This document shows positions 19,330 through 29,656 of a DNA stretch of 64,000 bases, piece after piece (positions within the stretch are counted from its first letter, which is position 1; each line of letters begins with the position of its first letter). Under the pieces are notes generated by a model. That model saw only the letters and a list, made by a program, of their open reading frames with translations. It did not search any database and was not told the origin of the DNA. The stretch is from an uncultured Nitrospiraceae bacterium (GTDB taxonomy: Bacteria > Nitrospirota > Thermodesulfovibrionia > Thermodesulfovibrionales > SM23-35), in contig CAKZPA010000040.1 of NCBI GenBank assembly GCA_937138415.1, positions 9-64,008 on the forward strand, given 5' to 3'. The position numbers and the translations under genes were made by a program.

Positions 19330-20637
19330 ATGCGCAGCATTCTCCTTTTGGCACAGCACGCCAAAGAAATCGCTCCTCTCTTCAGGTCGATTAGGATTAA
19401 GCCCGAGGCGAGCGATCCGAAAGAGAAGCAGAAGGGCATCTTTGTCGGGACCGATCCGCTGAATCTGCTCCAGTACGACATCGCTTTTCTCGATTTGGAT
19501 AGCACCGACTGGCAGAAGTGGCTGCTCGATCTGCGCCATCGCATGCCGGTCATCGCCTTCGGCGATGCGGACATCCAGAGGGCGGTCGAGGCGATGAAGC
19601 TGGGAGCGAGTGATTTTCTGGAGAAGCCACTCAGGGCTGACGCGATCGGTTCCCTTCTTGCTCGGTACAAGAAGAAAGAACATGACTCCGAGTGGGGGTT
19701 CGATGAGACGATCGGCACGAGCGTCCTCATGCAGGAGGTGTTCGGTCTGATCAAGAAGGCTGCGGCCAGCGAGAGCAACGTCTTGATAACCGGTGAAAGC
19801 GGTACCGGCAAGGAGCTCGTCGCGCGCGCCATTCACAAATTCAGCCCGAGGAAAGAGAAGCCTTTTGTGGTCATCAACTGCAGTGCGATTCCGGATACCC
19901 TCCTCGAGTCGGAACTCTTCGGATTCGAGAAAGGCGCCTTCACGGGAGCGAATTATACGAAGAAAGGCCTCCTCGAGATGGCTCACAAGGGAACGGTCTT
20001 TTTCGACGAGATCGGCGATGTCTCTCCTCTCTTCCAGACGAAGATATTGCGGGTCATCCAGGAGGGCGAGATTTTGCGTATCGGCGGCATGCAGCCGATA
20101 CGGATCCACGTTCGTTTTATCGCTGCCACGAACAAGGATCTCCGCCATGCGAAGATCAGGGGGGTCTTCCGCGACGATCTCTACTACCGGCTCAACGTCA
20201 TCAATATCGATCTTCCGCCTCTCCGGAACAGGATGGAGGACGTGCCGCGGCTGATTGAACACTTTATCAGCAAACACGCGGCGAAGAGAAAGGATATCCT
20301 CATTAAGGACATTAGTGAAGAAGCCCTGCTGATTCTGAAAGACTATTCCTATCCTGGCAATGTGCGCGAACTCGAAAACATTATCGAGCGGGCGATTTCG
20401 TTCAGCAACAGTCCGATCATACTCCCGACCGACCTCCCGTCATACCTCCTTCAGGCAACGTCGCGGAAAGTAGCGCCGAACGTGAAGCTCAAAAGTGCTC
20501 TCGCGGATCTCGAAAAGGAGCTTATCTGGACGGCACTCCAGCGATCCGGAGGGAATATCTCGAGGGCTGCGGACACACTCGGAATCTACCGCCAGCAGCT
20601 CCAGAGAAAACTGAAAAAGATCAATAGCAACAAATAA
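19330..20637 (+). CDS. Sigma-54-dependent activator (divergent REC + AAA+ + Fis HTH)
   Basis: GESGTGKE, ESELFG..KGAFTGA, FFDEIG, FRDDLYYRLNV, YPGNVREL, C-terminal HTH. Confidence 0.94.
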   Translation: MRSILLLAQHAKEIAPLFRSIRIKPEASDPKEKQKGIFVGTDPLNLLQYDIAFLDLDSTDWQKWLLDLRHRMPVIAFGDADIQRAVEAMKLGASDFLEKPLRADAIGSLLARYKKKEHDSEWGFDETIGTSVLMQEVFGLIKKAAASESNVLITGESGTGKELVARAIHKFSPRKEKPFVVINCSAIPDTLLESELFGFEKGAFTGANYTKKGLLEMAHKGTVFFDEIGDVSPLFQTKILRVIQEGEILRIGGMQPIRIHVRFIAATNKDLRHAKIRGVFRDDLYYRLNVINIDLPPLRNRMEDVPRLIEHFISKHAAKRKDILIKDISEEALLILKDYSYPGNVRELENIIERAISFSNSPIILPTDLPSYLLQATSRKVAPNVKLKSALADLEKELIWTALQRSGGNISRAADTLGIYRQQLQRKLKKINSNK

Positions 20638-20644
20638 TGTTTCC

Positions 20645-20786
20645 GCATCATTGTGTTGCATCTTTACTAATCTTCCTTATTAACAAGGATGGGTGTTTTT
20701 GCTCGCAGCAGAGGTATGCATTCTGTGCGAAAAAAATTGAAATACTCTTAAATAGTGCTGCCTTACTAAGCTGCCACGTGCGCTGC
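20645..20786 (+). promoter_or_regulatory. Enhancer-like palindrome plus degenerate sigma-54 promoter
   Basis: GCATCA-TTG-TGTTGC (20645-20659) resembles NtrC-type UAS; AT-rich spacer; TGCCACGTGCGCTGC (20772-20786) matches TGGCACG-N4-TTGC except for GG>GC at -24 and CTGC at -12. Confidence 0.5.
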
Positions 20787-20825
20787 GAAATAATTAAGGT
20801 TATAAAGACATGAACTAATAAGCAT

Positions 20826-21647
20826 ATGATGATTGAGAAAACGGTCGATAGGGGGAGCAAGGAAAAGCTGTACGTGCAGGTGTACGCTATTTTCCTCGAG
20901 AAGATCGAGAGTGGCGAGTGGCCGGACGGTTCACAAATTCCTCCCGAAGCCGAGCTGTGCAGAATGTACGACGTGAGCAAAGTGACGGTCAGGGAAGCCA
21001 TCCAGCAGCTAATGAGGGAGGGGTATCTGAGGCATCAGCGAGGTCGTGGCACCTTCGTCACGTACACGGCGCCACGTGCTGGTATCATGATGAAGGTATG
21101 GCTTTCCGAGTACGATCTATTAGGGGAGAGGGTGAAAATCAGCAAAAAAGTTATCGAAAGAGGGGTTCGCGCATCACCGGACGAGCTGAAGGGCATATTG
21201 AAGAGGGGGGAACTCTACTTCATGATGATCGCTATGGCGGTGCAAAGCGACCGGTTCGCAGAAGAGTTCTCTCTGCCGGTTTTTCTCGTTTCGGGTCTGC
21301 AGGCTCAGCGATTGTCGAATGCATCGACCTACGATCTGATTGAAGCGAAGGGAACGAAAAAAGTCTTCCGAGTCATGCAGACGACCGAGATCGGAGCATT
21401 GGACGAGAAAGTGGCGTCAATTGTGGGGGCGACGGTGGGCGCTCCTGCGCTCATTGCGACCGTCCACAAGAAGCTCGAAAACGTGGCGGTCAATCTGACG
21501 ATCGCATTCCTCGTCGGATCCGCAGGGGGGACGTTCATCGGTGGCTGGATCAACAAAACGCTCTATAACAAAGACCCACTTCTCAGTGAAGCGTTTATCA
21601 GTACCGTGTACGCCGTCCTTCTCGGTTTCTCGGTTTTTACGCATTAG
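20826..21647 (+). pseudogene. GntR (HutC-like) regulator truncated and fused to an internal TauE/SafE fragment
   Basis: GntR wHTH (IPPEAELC..YDVSKVTVREAI..L..EGYL...RGRGTFV). After GAPALIA the sequence switches to TauE-like VHKKLENVAVNL..AFLVGSAGG. Confidence 0.75.
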
Positions 21648-22330
21648 GCGATTTCATAAAATCGACGAGGAAGACCGTCGCGGCGGGCAAGGGCGGTGAA
21701 CACGGCGCGCACGCGGCGGCCCCGCGGGAATGACAAAGCTTGCCATCAATATCCAGAAGATCCATAGCCCGCCGATGCTCACCTTTGACGAAGACTTCGG
21801 CGGCCGGAAGATTTCATGGTTGTTTCTCGCGTTCAGGAGACTTATTGTCGGCATGCTCGCGTCGATCATGGGCGTCGGCGGCGGCGATATCACCTTCCCG
21901 ATGTTTGTGTATATCTTCGGCGTCTCGACGACCACGACCGTCGGCACCGACATTCTCCAGATCATCTTAACGGCGGGACTCGCGTCGATTGCCCAGTACG
22001 CGATTTATGGATACGTCTTCTACACCCTCGCGATGGGCATGCTCATCGGGTCGCTCATCGGTATTCAGGTCGGCGTGCTCACGACGAAGGTGGTCAAAGG
22101 CATCCACATCAGGGGGTTCAACACGGTGTCCATTATCGCCGGATTCATCAATAGAGCGACGACACTTCCAAAAAATGACGGAGGTGGAATACCTCCATCT
22201 GTCAAAATCGACCTATACGCTCATCGAGACGATCGGCAACTACGTCTTCTGGATCGTCATCACATTCTTCGGATTCTGGGTCTTGAGCAAGTTCTTCGCA
22301 AATATCCGCACTTTGAGAGAGGAGGGGTAA
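21456..22330 (+). pseudogene. Sulfite exporter TauE/SafE (TSUP) family permease, fragmented
   Basis: ASIMGVGGG..TFPMFVYIFGVS..TTVGTDILQI motif. Pieces lie in three frames with an internal stop at 21647, and the N-terminus is missing. Confidence 0.8.
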
Positions 22331-22333
22331 GAG

Positions 22334-23100
22334 ATGGCACAGGCAAAGAAACATATGGGACTCGGAATCGTGCTCGCTGTTTCCTTTTTCGTGATCCTGT
22401 TCCTGATGGTTTCGCCGATTTTCCCGAAGACAGCCGACGGGGAACCGCTGAACGGACTCCAGTGGGCTGATGAACTGTTCAATGAACTCGCGAAGGGATT
22501 GTCCTACTTCATCCCCAAGGTGCAGAAGAATGCAGAAAAATTTAAGGGCAGGGAGTTTGCCGTCACGATCAACGTCAGCAAAGAGGGCGACAAGCCTGGA
22601 GATGCGGAAGCGAGGGCAGAGCGCGCATCGAAGCTCTTCATTGTCAACCCCGGCGCTCAGGTCGAAGTCAATGGTGCAGATTTGAAGGTAAGCGGCGACC
22701 TCGGGATAATCTTGATGGCTGCCCTTGACGACGCGCATGTCATGTTCAGGAACGACGGCGAGACGATTAAACAGAAGTATGCGGAAGCGATGGGGACGAC
22801 TGACGAGAAGCAGATACTGAGGCAGTGGTACAATGTGCTGCCGAAAATCGACAAGATCTTCAAGAGGGAGAAGTTGATCGAGGAATCGAAGATCGTCTCC
22901 GATGTGACGAAGAAAGCGATAGAAGCCGCGTACAATTTCTACAAGGTCAACCCGAAAAAGGTGAAGGAAGAGGTAGGGTTGATGACGTTCCTGCTGGTTT
23001 TCTACGTGGCGTACACGATGTGGAGGGGCTGTGCGATCTTCTTTATCTTCGAGGGACTGGGCTCAGCATGAAGAAGGCGAAAGTGAAGAAGGACGTGTAA
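22334..23100 (+). pseudogene. Conserved hypothetical membrane protein downstream of TauE, with a C-terminal frameshift
   Basis: SD GGAGG, TM helices at both ends. The ORF stops at 23071, while the probable native end (GLSMKKAKVKKDV, stop 23100) lies in another frame. Confidence 0.6.
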
Positions 23101-23110
23101 GGAGGGGAAA

Positions 23111-23544
23111 ATGAAAATACTTGTTCCTGTCGACGGGTCGGACTTTTCGATGGGAGCCGTCAAAGTAGCGCTGAAGTTCGCGAAGGCGACGAAGACGGAC
23201 ATCCACCTCATGACGGTGACGCCTTTATATCAGGACTCGACCTCGAGATCTCCGCGGGTGCGATTCATAGACTGAAGGAGAAGATGGACGCCTGTGGGGA
23301 AGAGGTGCTTGCGAGGGCGGCTGCGATTTTAAAAGCTGAAGATGTGCCCGCAAAGAAGGTCGTCGCCTCTTCCATCTCTGCTGCCGATGAGATCCTCGAT
23401 TTTGCGGAGAAGGAAAAAATCGACCTCATCATCATAGGGAGCAAAGGGCTCGGCGGAAAAGCGACACGCGTTGTCATGGGGAGCGTCGCCCTGAAAGTCG
23501 TGAGCAACGCGCCGTGCAATGTGTACGTGGTGAAGAAGGCGTAA
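23111..23544 (+). pseudogene. Universal stress protein (USP), frameshifted
   Basis: MKILVPVDGSDFS from ATG 23111 is out of frame with IDLIIIGSKG...VMGSVALKVV..APCNVYVVK (23284-23544). Confidence 0.82.
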
Positions 23545-23581
23545 GGACTGTGTGAAAGCTGGCGGAGCTTTTATGCAGACG

Positions 23582-23610
23582 GGGCCTCTCCGAGGAGAGG
23601 CCCTTTTTTT
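23582..23610 (+). terminator. Rho-independent terminator
   Basis: GGGCCTCTC-CGAG-GAGAGGCCC followed by T7. Confidence 0.9.
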
Positions 23611-23791
23611 GCCGAGTCGGCGTGCCCGGCTGTATTCTTTCTGATCCCTATCGGGATGAAACGTTGGCGATACTGGCGGGTCGAGGTATGCGGCGGTGCC
23701 GGAGAACACTGTCTCTTCTGCCTCGTCTGATCGGACGCTTCCGACACACCGTCTGCTCTTTCGCAGCGTACTTTTTGGGTATACTAATCCG

Positions 23792-24625
23792 ATGAAAAGA
23801 ATCCCTCTCCTGCACATCCTCCTCTTTTGCCTCACGGTGCTTTCCACGTTGGTGGTTGGCGCCCTCCAGACAGGTGCGGATATCCTGAAGGAGCCCTCGC
23901 ACATTTCCCGTGGGGTGCCGTTTGCCCTGTCGCTCATGGCGATACTCCTGACCCATGAGCTGTCGCACTACTTCGCGTCGAAGCGCCACGGCGTAACGGC
24001 GACGCTCCCGTACTTTATCCCCGCTCCGACGATCATAGGAACCTTCGGCGCCTTCATTAAAATGAAATCGCCGATCGTGACGCGGAGTGCCCTGATCGAC
24101 ATCGGCGCATCGGGGCCGATCGCGGGATTCATCGTGTCGGTCGCCGCCGCTACCATAGGCCTCGGGATGTCGGAAATCGTGCCGTCGGCAGAGGCCAAAG
24201 GCGTTCTCAAGCTCGGGGATTCCCTTATGTTCTCTTTTCTCTCGAAGGCGGTTTTCGGCCCGGTGCCGGCAGATTCTGACGTTCTCCTGAACCCGATCGC
24301 ATTCGCCGGGTGGATCGGGCTCTTTGTCACTTCGATCAATCTGATCCCCGTCGGACAGCTCGACGGCGGCCACATCGCCTATGCTTTTTTGGGGGAAAAG
24401 CACGCGAGGCTTTCATTTTTCCTCGTGATCGGCATGAGCGTGCTCGGCGTGTTCCTATGGGAGGGCTGGCTCGTGTGGGCCCTCCTCTTATCCGTGCTCG
24501 GGTTCCGGCACCCTCCCGTCCTTTATTGGGAGCCGGTGATCGGCAAAATGCGGAAAACAGTCGGCGCGGTGTCCTTCTTCATTCTCGTGCTCACGTTCAT
24601 CCCCGTACCGTTCGCTATCATATAG
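23792..24625 (+). CDS. Site-2 protease (M50) family protein
   Basis: HELSH zinc motif, GASGP and NLIPVGQLDGGH; start placed at ATG 23792. Confidence 0.92.
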   Translation: MKRIPLLHILLFCLTVLSTLVVGALQTGADILKEPSHISRGVPFALSLMAILLTHELSHYFASKRHGVTATLPYFIPAPTIIGTFGAFIKMKSPIVTRSALIDIGASGPIAGFIVSVAAATIGLGMSEIVPSAEAKGVLKLGDSLMFSFLSKAVFGPVPADSDVLLNPIAFAGWIGLFVTSINLIPVGQLDGGHIAYAFLGEKHARLSFFLVIGMSVLGVFLWEGWLVWALLLSVLGFRHPPVLYWEPVIGKMRKTVGAVSFFILVLTFIPVPFAII

Positions 24626-24800
24626 GGCAGGAAGCTGCACGCGGACTCTCATGCGATGTCATCCCGTGGTTCTCCTGCGTCTCGGCGTGCTTCCAAGCAT
24701 TTCGGGTTGCGATCTGTGCTATACTAATGTGTCACCGTCCCCCGGGAATTTCTGCGAGACTCTCATTGGGATAACATATTGATAATAAAGGAGATATCAG

Positions 24801-25244
24801 ATGAAAGTTATTTTGAAGGAAGACGTGAAAAAGCTGGGTGCCATGGGGCAGATCGTGACCGTGGCGGACGGTTTCGCTCGGAATTTTCTCCTGCCGAGAG
24901 GCCTCGCGATCGAGGCGAGCGGAAAGAACCTTAAAGCGCTCGAGCACGAGCGGAGAGTTATCCAGGAGAGGGCGAAGAAACTGAAACAATCGGTGCAGGA
25001 GTTCGGGGAGAAGCTGTCGACGATGACGATCGTGGTGAAGGCGAAGGCAGGGGAAGAGGGCAAGCTATTCGGATCGGTCACGAGCATGGACATCGCCGAA
25101 CACTTGAAGAGTGAAGGAATCGAGATCGACAAGAAAAAGATATCGATAGACGAGCCGATCAAGCGGCTTGGGACGTACACGGTCACGGTCCATCTGCACC
25201 CGGAAGTGAATGCGAAGATGACGGTGCAGGTGGTCGAAGAGTAG
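24801..25244 (+). CDS. rplI: 50S ribosomal protein L9
   Basis: [24 protein letters not shown] and GKLFGSVT. Confidence 0.98.
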   Translation: MKVILKEDVKKLGAMGQIVTVADGFARNFLLPRGLAIEASGKNLKALEHERRVIQERAKKLKQSVQEFGEKLSTMTIVVKAKAGEEGKLFGSVTSMDIAEHLKSEGIEIDKKKISIDEPIKRLGTYTVTVHLHPEVNAKMTVQVVEE

Positions 25245-25268
25245 GAATCGCCGAGGAGCGAGGCAGGG

Positions 25269-26636
25269 ATGCCGGAGACCGATCTCCAGATCAATAAATT
25301 GCCGCCGCAGAATCTCGAAGCGGAACAGTCGGTCCTCGGGGCTGTTCTCATCGACAACAATGCGCTCACGAGGGCGCTCGAAATCCTCGACCCCGAGGAT
25401 TTCTACAAACTTGCCCACCGGAAGATTTTCTACGCGATGACGGAACTCTTCGAAAAGAACGAACCGATCGACTTCATCACGCTGACGGATCAGCTCAAGA
25501 AGAACGACGATCTCGAAGCGGTCGGCGGCATAGCGTACCTCTCTCTGATCGTCAATATGGTCCCGACCGCTGCCAACGTGAAGTACCACTCGCACATCGT
25601 CCGGGAGAAGGCGCTCCTGAGAGGTCTCCTCCGGTCGGCGAACGAAATCGCGAGCAAGGTGTACGAGGATAGCCATGACGCGGAAGATCTCGTCGATTTC
25701 GCCGAGAGGTCGATCTTCAAAATTTCGGACAAGCGGATCAAGGCATCCTTCGTAACGCTCAGAGAGGTGATTCGCGACAGTTTCGAAATGATCGAGCACC
25801 TCTACGACAAGAAGGAAACGGTCACGGGGGTGCCCTCCGGCTTCCGGGATCTCGATGACCTGACGACCGGCTTTCAGAAAGGGGATCTCATCATCGTCGG
25901 GGGGAGACCGTCGATGGGGAAGACCGCTTTCGCGCTCAATATCGCGCAGCATGTCGGGCTGGAATTGAGGGAACCGGTCGCTATCTTCAGCCTTGAGATG
26001 GCGCGCGAACAGCTCGCCATCAGGATGCTCTGCGCGGAGGCCATGGTGAACTCCAACAGCATCAGGAAAGGATTCATCAAGAAGGAAGACTGGCACAAAC
26101 TCACGAGCGCGGCGAGCAATCTCACGAGCGCGCCGATCTTCATCGACGACACGTCGGGGATCACCGTTCTCGAACTGCGTGCGAAGGCGAGGCGCCTCAA
26201 GGTCGAGCACGGGCTGAGCCTCATTATCGTCGACTACCTCCAGCTTATGAGGGGAAAGGGCTCCTTCGAGCGGCGCGAGCAGGAGATTTCGGATATCTCC
26301 CGTTCGCTCAAAGCGCTCGCGAAGGAATTGAGCGTGCCGGTCATTGCCGTGAGCCAGCTCAACAGGAGCGTCGAGCAGCGCCGCCCGCCGAAGCCGATCC
26401 TGGCGGACCTTCGCGAGTCCGGCGCCATCGAGCAGGACGCGGACGTCATCCTGTTCCTCTACCGTGACGAAGTGTACAACAAGGATGCGAAGAAAGGGCT
26501 TGCGGAAGTGATCATCGCGAAACAGAGGAACGGTCCCACGGGGTCCGTGAACCTCACGTTCCTGTCGAACTGCACGCGGTTTCTGAATACGTTCGACAGG
26601 CCCACGGACGAGATAGGCGAGGAGGACGTGTTTTGA
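25269..26636 (+). CDS. dnaB: Replicative DNA helicase
   Basis: PPQNLEAEQSVLG, GRPSMGKT, IVDYLQLM, DLRESGAIEQDAD, KQRNGP; no intein. Confidence 0.98.
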   Translation: MPETDLQINKLPPQNLEAEQSVLGAVLIDNNALTRALEILDPEDFYKLAHRKIFYAMTELFEKNEPIDFITLTDQLKKNDDLEAVGGIAYLSLIVNMVPTAANVKYHSHIVREKALLRGLLRSANEIASKVYEDSHDAEDLVDFAERSIFKISDKRIKASFVTLREVIRDSFEMIEHLYDKKETVTGVPSGFRDLDDLTTGFQKGDLIIVGGRPSMGKTAFALNIAQHVGLELREPVAIFSLEMAREQLAIRMLCAEAMVNSNSIRKGFIKKEDWHKLTSAASNLTSAPIFIDDTSGITVLELRAKARRLKVEHGLSLIIVDYLQLMRGKGSFERREQEISDISRSLKALAKELSVPVIAVSQLNRSVEQRRPPKPILADLRESGAIEQDADVILFLYRDEVYNKDAKKGLAEVIIAKQRNGPTGSVNLTFLSNCTRFLNTFDRPTDEIGEEDVF

Positions 26637-27436
26637 AGAGAAGCCCGTCCGTTGCCGGGCAGTTTTACTATGGAACGGCACCGAAGTTGACCCAGCAGGT
26701 GACGTCGTACATCGATCTTTCCGCGAGAAAAGAGAAGGTCATCGGCGCTGTCTGTCCCCATGCGGGATTGATGTATTCGGGCGCCGTCGCCGGCGCCGTC
26801 TACTCGGTCATCGACATGCCCGAGACATTCGTCCTCATCGGTCCGAACCATACCGGGCTGGGAGCGCGTATTTCGCTCATGGAATCGGGCGAGTGGGAAA
26901 TTCCGACTGGTACGTTCGGCATCGACGAGCGGTTGGCCCAGAAGATCGCGATGAACGTGCCGGGAGTCACAAAAGATGCGAAGGCCCACATGTTCGAGCA
27001 TTCCCTTGAGGTGCAACTGCCTTTTATCGCGTACTTCTCGCGGCACGCGAAGATCGTTCCGATCTCGATTCTGTCGGCGTCCGTCGACGAGTGCCGTTTG
27101 CTGGGCGAAGGGATCGCGGGTGTAGTGGCGTCGTCCGGATACTCGATCGTCCTGATCGCGAGTTCCGATATGAGCCACTATGTGCCCGATACCGCTGCGC
27201 GGCAGAAGGACAGGAAGGCGATCGACAAGATTCTCGCGCTCGACGCGGCCGGATTGTACGATGTCGTGGTGAGAGAGAGAATCTCGATGTGCGGCTACCT
27301 CCCTGTGACGACGCTCCTCTTCGCGGCAAAGGCTCTTGGCGCCGTTTCCGCGCGACTTGTCAAGTACGCTACCTCTGCGGAAGTGAGTGGCGACTATGAC
27401 CATGTTGTCGGCTATGCCGGCATCATCGTGAAGTGA
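26633..27436 (+). CDS. AmmeMemoRadiSam system protein B (MEMO1 family)
   Basis: VAGQFY, PHAGLMYSG, GPNH, EHSLEVQLPF, SSDMSHY, SMCG and VVGYA motifs. Confidence 0.92.
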   Translation: MKRSPSVAGQFYYGTAPKLTQQVTSYIDLSARKEKVIGAVCPHAGLMYSGAVAGAVYSVIDMPETFVLIGPNHTGLGARISLMESGEWEIPTGTFGIDERLAQKIAMNVPGVTKDAKAHMFEHSLEVQLPFIAYFSRHAKIVPISILSASVDECRLLGEGIAGVVASSGYSIVLIASSDMSHYVPDTAARQKDRKAIDKILALDAAGLYDVVVRERISMCGYLPVTTLLFAAKALGAVSARLVKYATSAEVSGDYDHVVGYAGIIVK

Positions 27437-27474
27437 GCGGTCGTCCGCGGGGGTCGATCGGCGAGGCAGAGGGC

Positions 27475-27861
27475 ATGGTCCACGTCAATGATCGCAGGCG
27501 ATGCCCGCGGAGTGCGGGGGACGGAATCGAAGGGGGCATTCTCAATTCGAACGATCTGAGAGTCCTCAATATCAGCGTCGAGGGGGCCGCGATCGAGACG
27601 ACGAGGAGAGTCGAGTTGAACAGGGAATATGTCATTCGGCTCCGTCGCGAAGGCGCCTCCTGCAGGGTGAGGGCGGTTATCGTGTGGGCGTCTCTCGTGT
27701 CGCGCGAACGCGAAGACGGATCGCTCGTCCCGACGTACCGTGCCGGAATCAGGTTTCGGGATATCTCACCGAACGAGGAGCGGCTCATACGCGATTGGTC
27801 AGGGATGGCGGGCGACGGCGGGCATTCGGAGAGTGAGTCGAGAATAACCTATTGTTTTTAA
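27475..27861 (+). CDS. PilZ domain protein
   Basis: RxxxR (RRCPR) and NxSxxG (NISVEG) c-di-GMP motifs; AGIRF. Confidence 0.8.
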   Translation: MVHVNDRRRCPRSAGDGIEGGILNSNDLRVLNISVEGAAIETTRRVELNREYVIRLRREGASCRVRAVIVWASLVSREREDGSLVPTYRAGIRFRDISPNEERLIRDWSGMAGDGGHSESESRITYCF

Positions 27862-27899
27862 TATGGTTTCTATGATATAGTATCCGAGCGGAGGTGAGC

Positions 27900-28217
27900 A
27901 TGAACGCGATTGTCGAAAGTGGCGGTAAACAATACAGGGTCGCACCCGGCGACGTGATACGGGTGGAAAAGCTATCGTTCGAGGCCGGGACGGACGTGAC
28001 GTTGGATCGCGTCCTCCTGGTCACGAAGGACGGGACGGTAACAGTCGGTTCTCCCTATGTGGAGGGCGCGAAGGTCCTGGCGTCGGTCGAGAAGACGGGA
28101 AAGCTGCCGAAGGTTGTGATCCACAAGCAGAAACCTCGTAAGGTCTACCGGAAGACCAACGGCCACAGGCAACCGTTTACGTCGCTCAGAATCAAAGAAA
28201 TACTTTTTGGAGGATAG
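27900..28217 (+). CDS. rplU: 50S ribosomal protein L21
   Basis: [12 protein letters not shown] and GHRQPFT; SD GGAGGT. Confidence 0.98.
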   Translation: MNAIVESGGKQYRVAPGDVIRVEKLSFEAGTDVTLDRVLLVTKDGTVTVGSPYVEGAKVLASVEKTGKLPKVVIHKQKPRKVYRKTNGHRQPFTSLRIKEILFGG

Positions 28218-28219
28218 GA

Positions 28220-28480
28220 ATGGCACATAAAAAAGGCGTCGGAAGTTCGAGAAATGGACGGGACAGCGAGTCGAAGCGACTCGGCGTCAAGAGATTCGGG
28301 GGGCAGATCGTGCGCGCGGGGAACATCCTCGTGAGGCAGCGGGGAACGAAATTTCACCCCGGCGCGAACGTCGGGAAGGGAGCCGACGACACCCTGTTCG
28401 CGCTCGTCGACGGGGTCGTCAATTTCGAGCGCAAGGACAGGGCACGTCTTCAGGTGAGCGTCTACCCGGTTTCGCAGTAG
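28220..28480 (+). CDS. rpmA: 50S ribosomal protein L27
   Basis: [16 protein letters not shown]. Confidence 0.99.
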   Translation: MAHKKGVGSSRNGRDSESKRLGVKRFGGQIVRAGNILVRQRGTKFHPGANVGKGADDTLFALVDGVVNFERKDRARLQVSVYPVSQ

Positions 28481-28503
28481 GGAGCAGTTTTTCGAGATTC
28501 CAC

Positions 28504-28536
28504 AGAGGCGGGCGCCTGCCCGCCTCTTTTTGTTTT
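28504..28536 (+). terminator. Rho-independent terminator between rpmA and obgE
   Basis: AGAGGCGGGC-GCCT-GCCCGCCTCT followed by a T-rich tail. Confidence 0.85.
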
Positions 28537-28570
28537 CAGGAGCGTCGGACGCGATCCGAGGCGGTGAGCG

Positions 28571-29590
28571 ATGCATTTCGCTGACTATGTGACAATACGG
28601 GTTAAAGCCGGCGATGGCGGGAGAGGGTGTGTCAGTTTCCGGAGGGAAAAATACGTCCCGAGAGGCGGTCCCGACGGGGGCGACGGCGGGCGGGGCGGAC
28701 ACATTGTCATTAGGGCGACCAAAGAGCTCAATACGCTCATCGACCTTCGGTATCGGCGTGAGTATCGCGCGCTGAGAGGCGGGCACGGAAAGGGGAAGAA
28801 GATGCACGGCAGGGACGGCGAAGACCTTGTGATCGCGGTCCCTGTCGGGACGATCGTCAAAGACGCGGATTCGCAGGAAGTCCTCGCCGATCTCGATACG
28901 GACGGGAAAGAAGCTCTCATCGCGAGGGGTGGACGGGGCGGGCTCGGTAACGCTCACTTCACGACATCGGTGAAACAGGCGCCTCGGTTCGCTCAGCCGG
29001 GGGAGAAGGGGGAACAGCGGCGTCTCGTGCTCGAACTCAAACTTCTCGCCGATGTGGGGCTGATCGGCTTGCCGAACGCTGGCAAGTCCACGTTGTTGTC
29101 CGTCATTTCCGCCGCACGGCCGAAAACCGCCGCGTATCCGTTTACGACGCTTACGCCGGTCCTCGGCGTCGTAAAGGTGTCCGACTACAGGAGCTTCGTC
29201 GTTGCCGATATCCCGGGTCTCATCGAGGGGGCACACAGGGGGGCTGGTCTCGGATTTCAGTTCCTCCGCCACGTCGAGAGGACGGCGTTGCTCCTCCACC
29301 TCGTCGACGTTTCGGAATCGGCGCCGGGAGACCCTGTCGCTGACTTCGAGACGGTTCGCAGGGAGCTCGAACTCTACAGCGTCGAGCTCGCACGTAAACC
29401 CCATGTCGTGGCCTGCACGAAGATCGATATCGCCGGTACGGGCGAGAAGCGCGGGAGAATGGAGCGATATTGCCGGGAACGAGGCCTCGAGTGCTTTCCG
29501 GTGTCGTCGATAACCGGTGCAGGGATCCCCGAGCTGCTCGCGCACCTTGCGCGGAGGCTGAAGACGGCCACCCGGCTTCTGCCCCCGTGA
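28571..29590 (+). CDS. obgE: GTPase ObgE/CgtA
   Basis: Gly-rich Obg fold (GGPDGGDGG), GLPNAGKS, YPFTT, DIPGLIEGA, TKID. Confidence 0.98.
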   Translation: MHFADYVTIRVKAGDGGRGCVSFRREKYVPRGGPDGGDGGRGGHIVIRATKELNTLIDLRYRREYRALRGGHGKGKKMHGRDGEDLVIAVPVGTIVKDADSQEVLADLDTDGKEALIARGGRGGLGNAHFTTSVKQAPRFAQPGEKGEQRRLVLELKLLADVGLIGLPNAGKSTLLSVISAARPKTAAYPFTTLTPVLGVVKVSDYRSFVVADIPGLIEGAHRGAGLGFQFLRHVERTALLLHLVDVSESAPGDPVADFETVRRELELYSVELARKPHVVACTKIDIAGTGEKRGRMERYCRERGLECFPVSSITGAGIPELLAHLARRLKTATRLLPP

Positions 29591-29656
29591 AGCGTTCGCG
29601 CGCATACCGCTGAGGGGAGAATTTTTTTCCCTTGAGCTTCTGTGGTAATTTATATC

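Noticed and set aside
20826-21647. Novel membrane-anchored GntR regulator
   Set aside because: The hydrophobic tail is an internal TauE fragment joined by deletion and ends at a premature stop.
12988-23544. Frameshifts as sequencing error or programmed frameshifting
   Set aside because: Lesions cluster in two operons together with deletions and missense changes, while neighbouring genes are clean and no consistent slippery site is seen. Decay is more parsimonious, though reads were not available.
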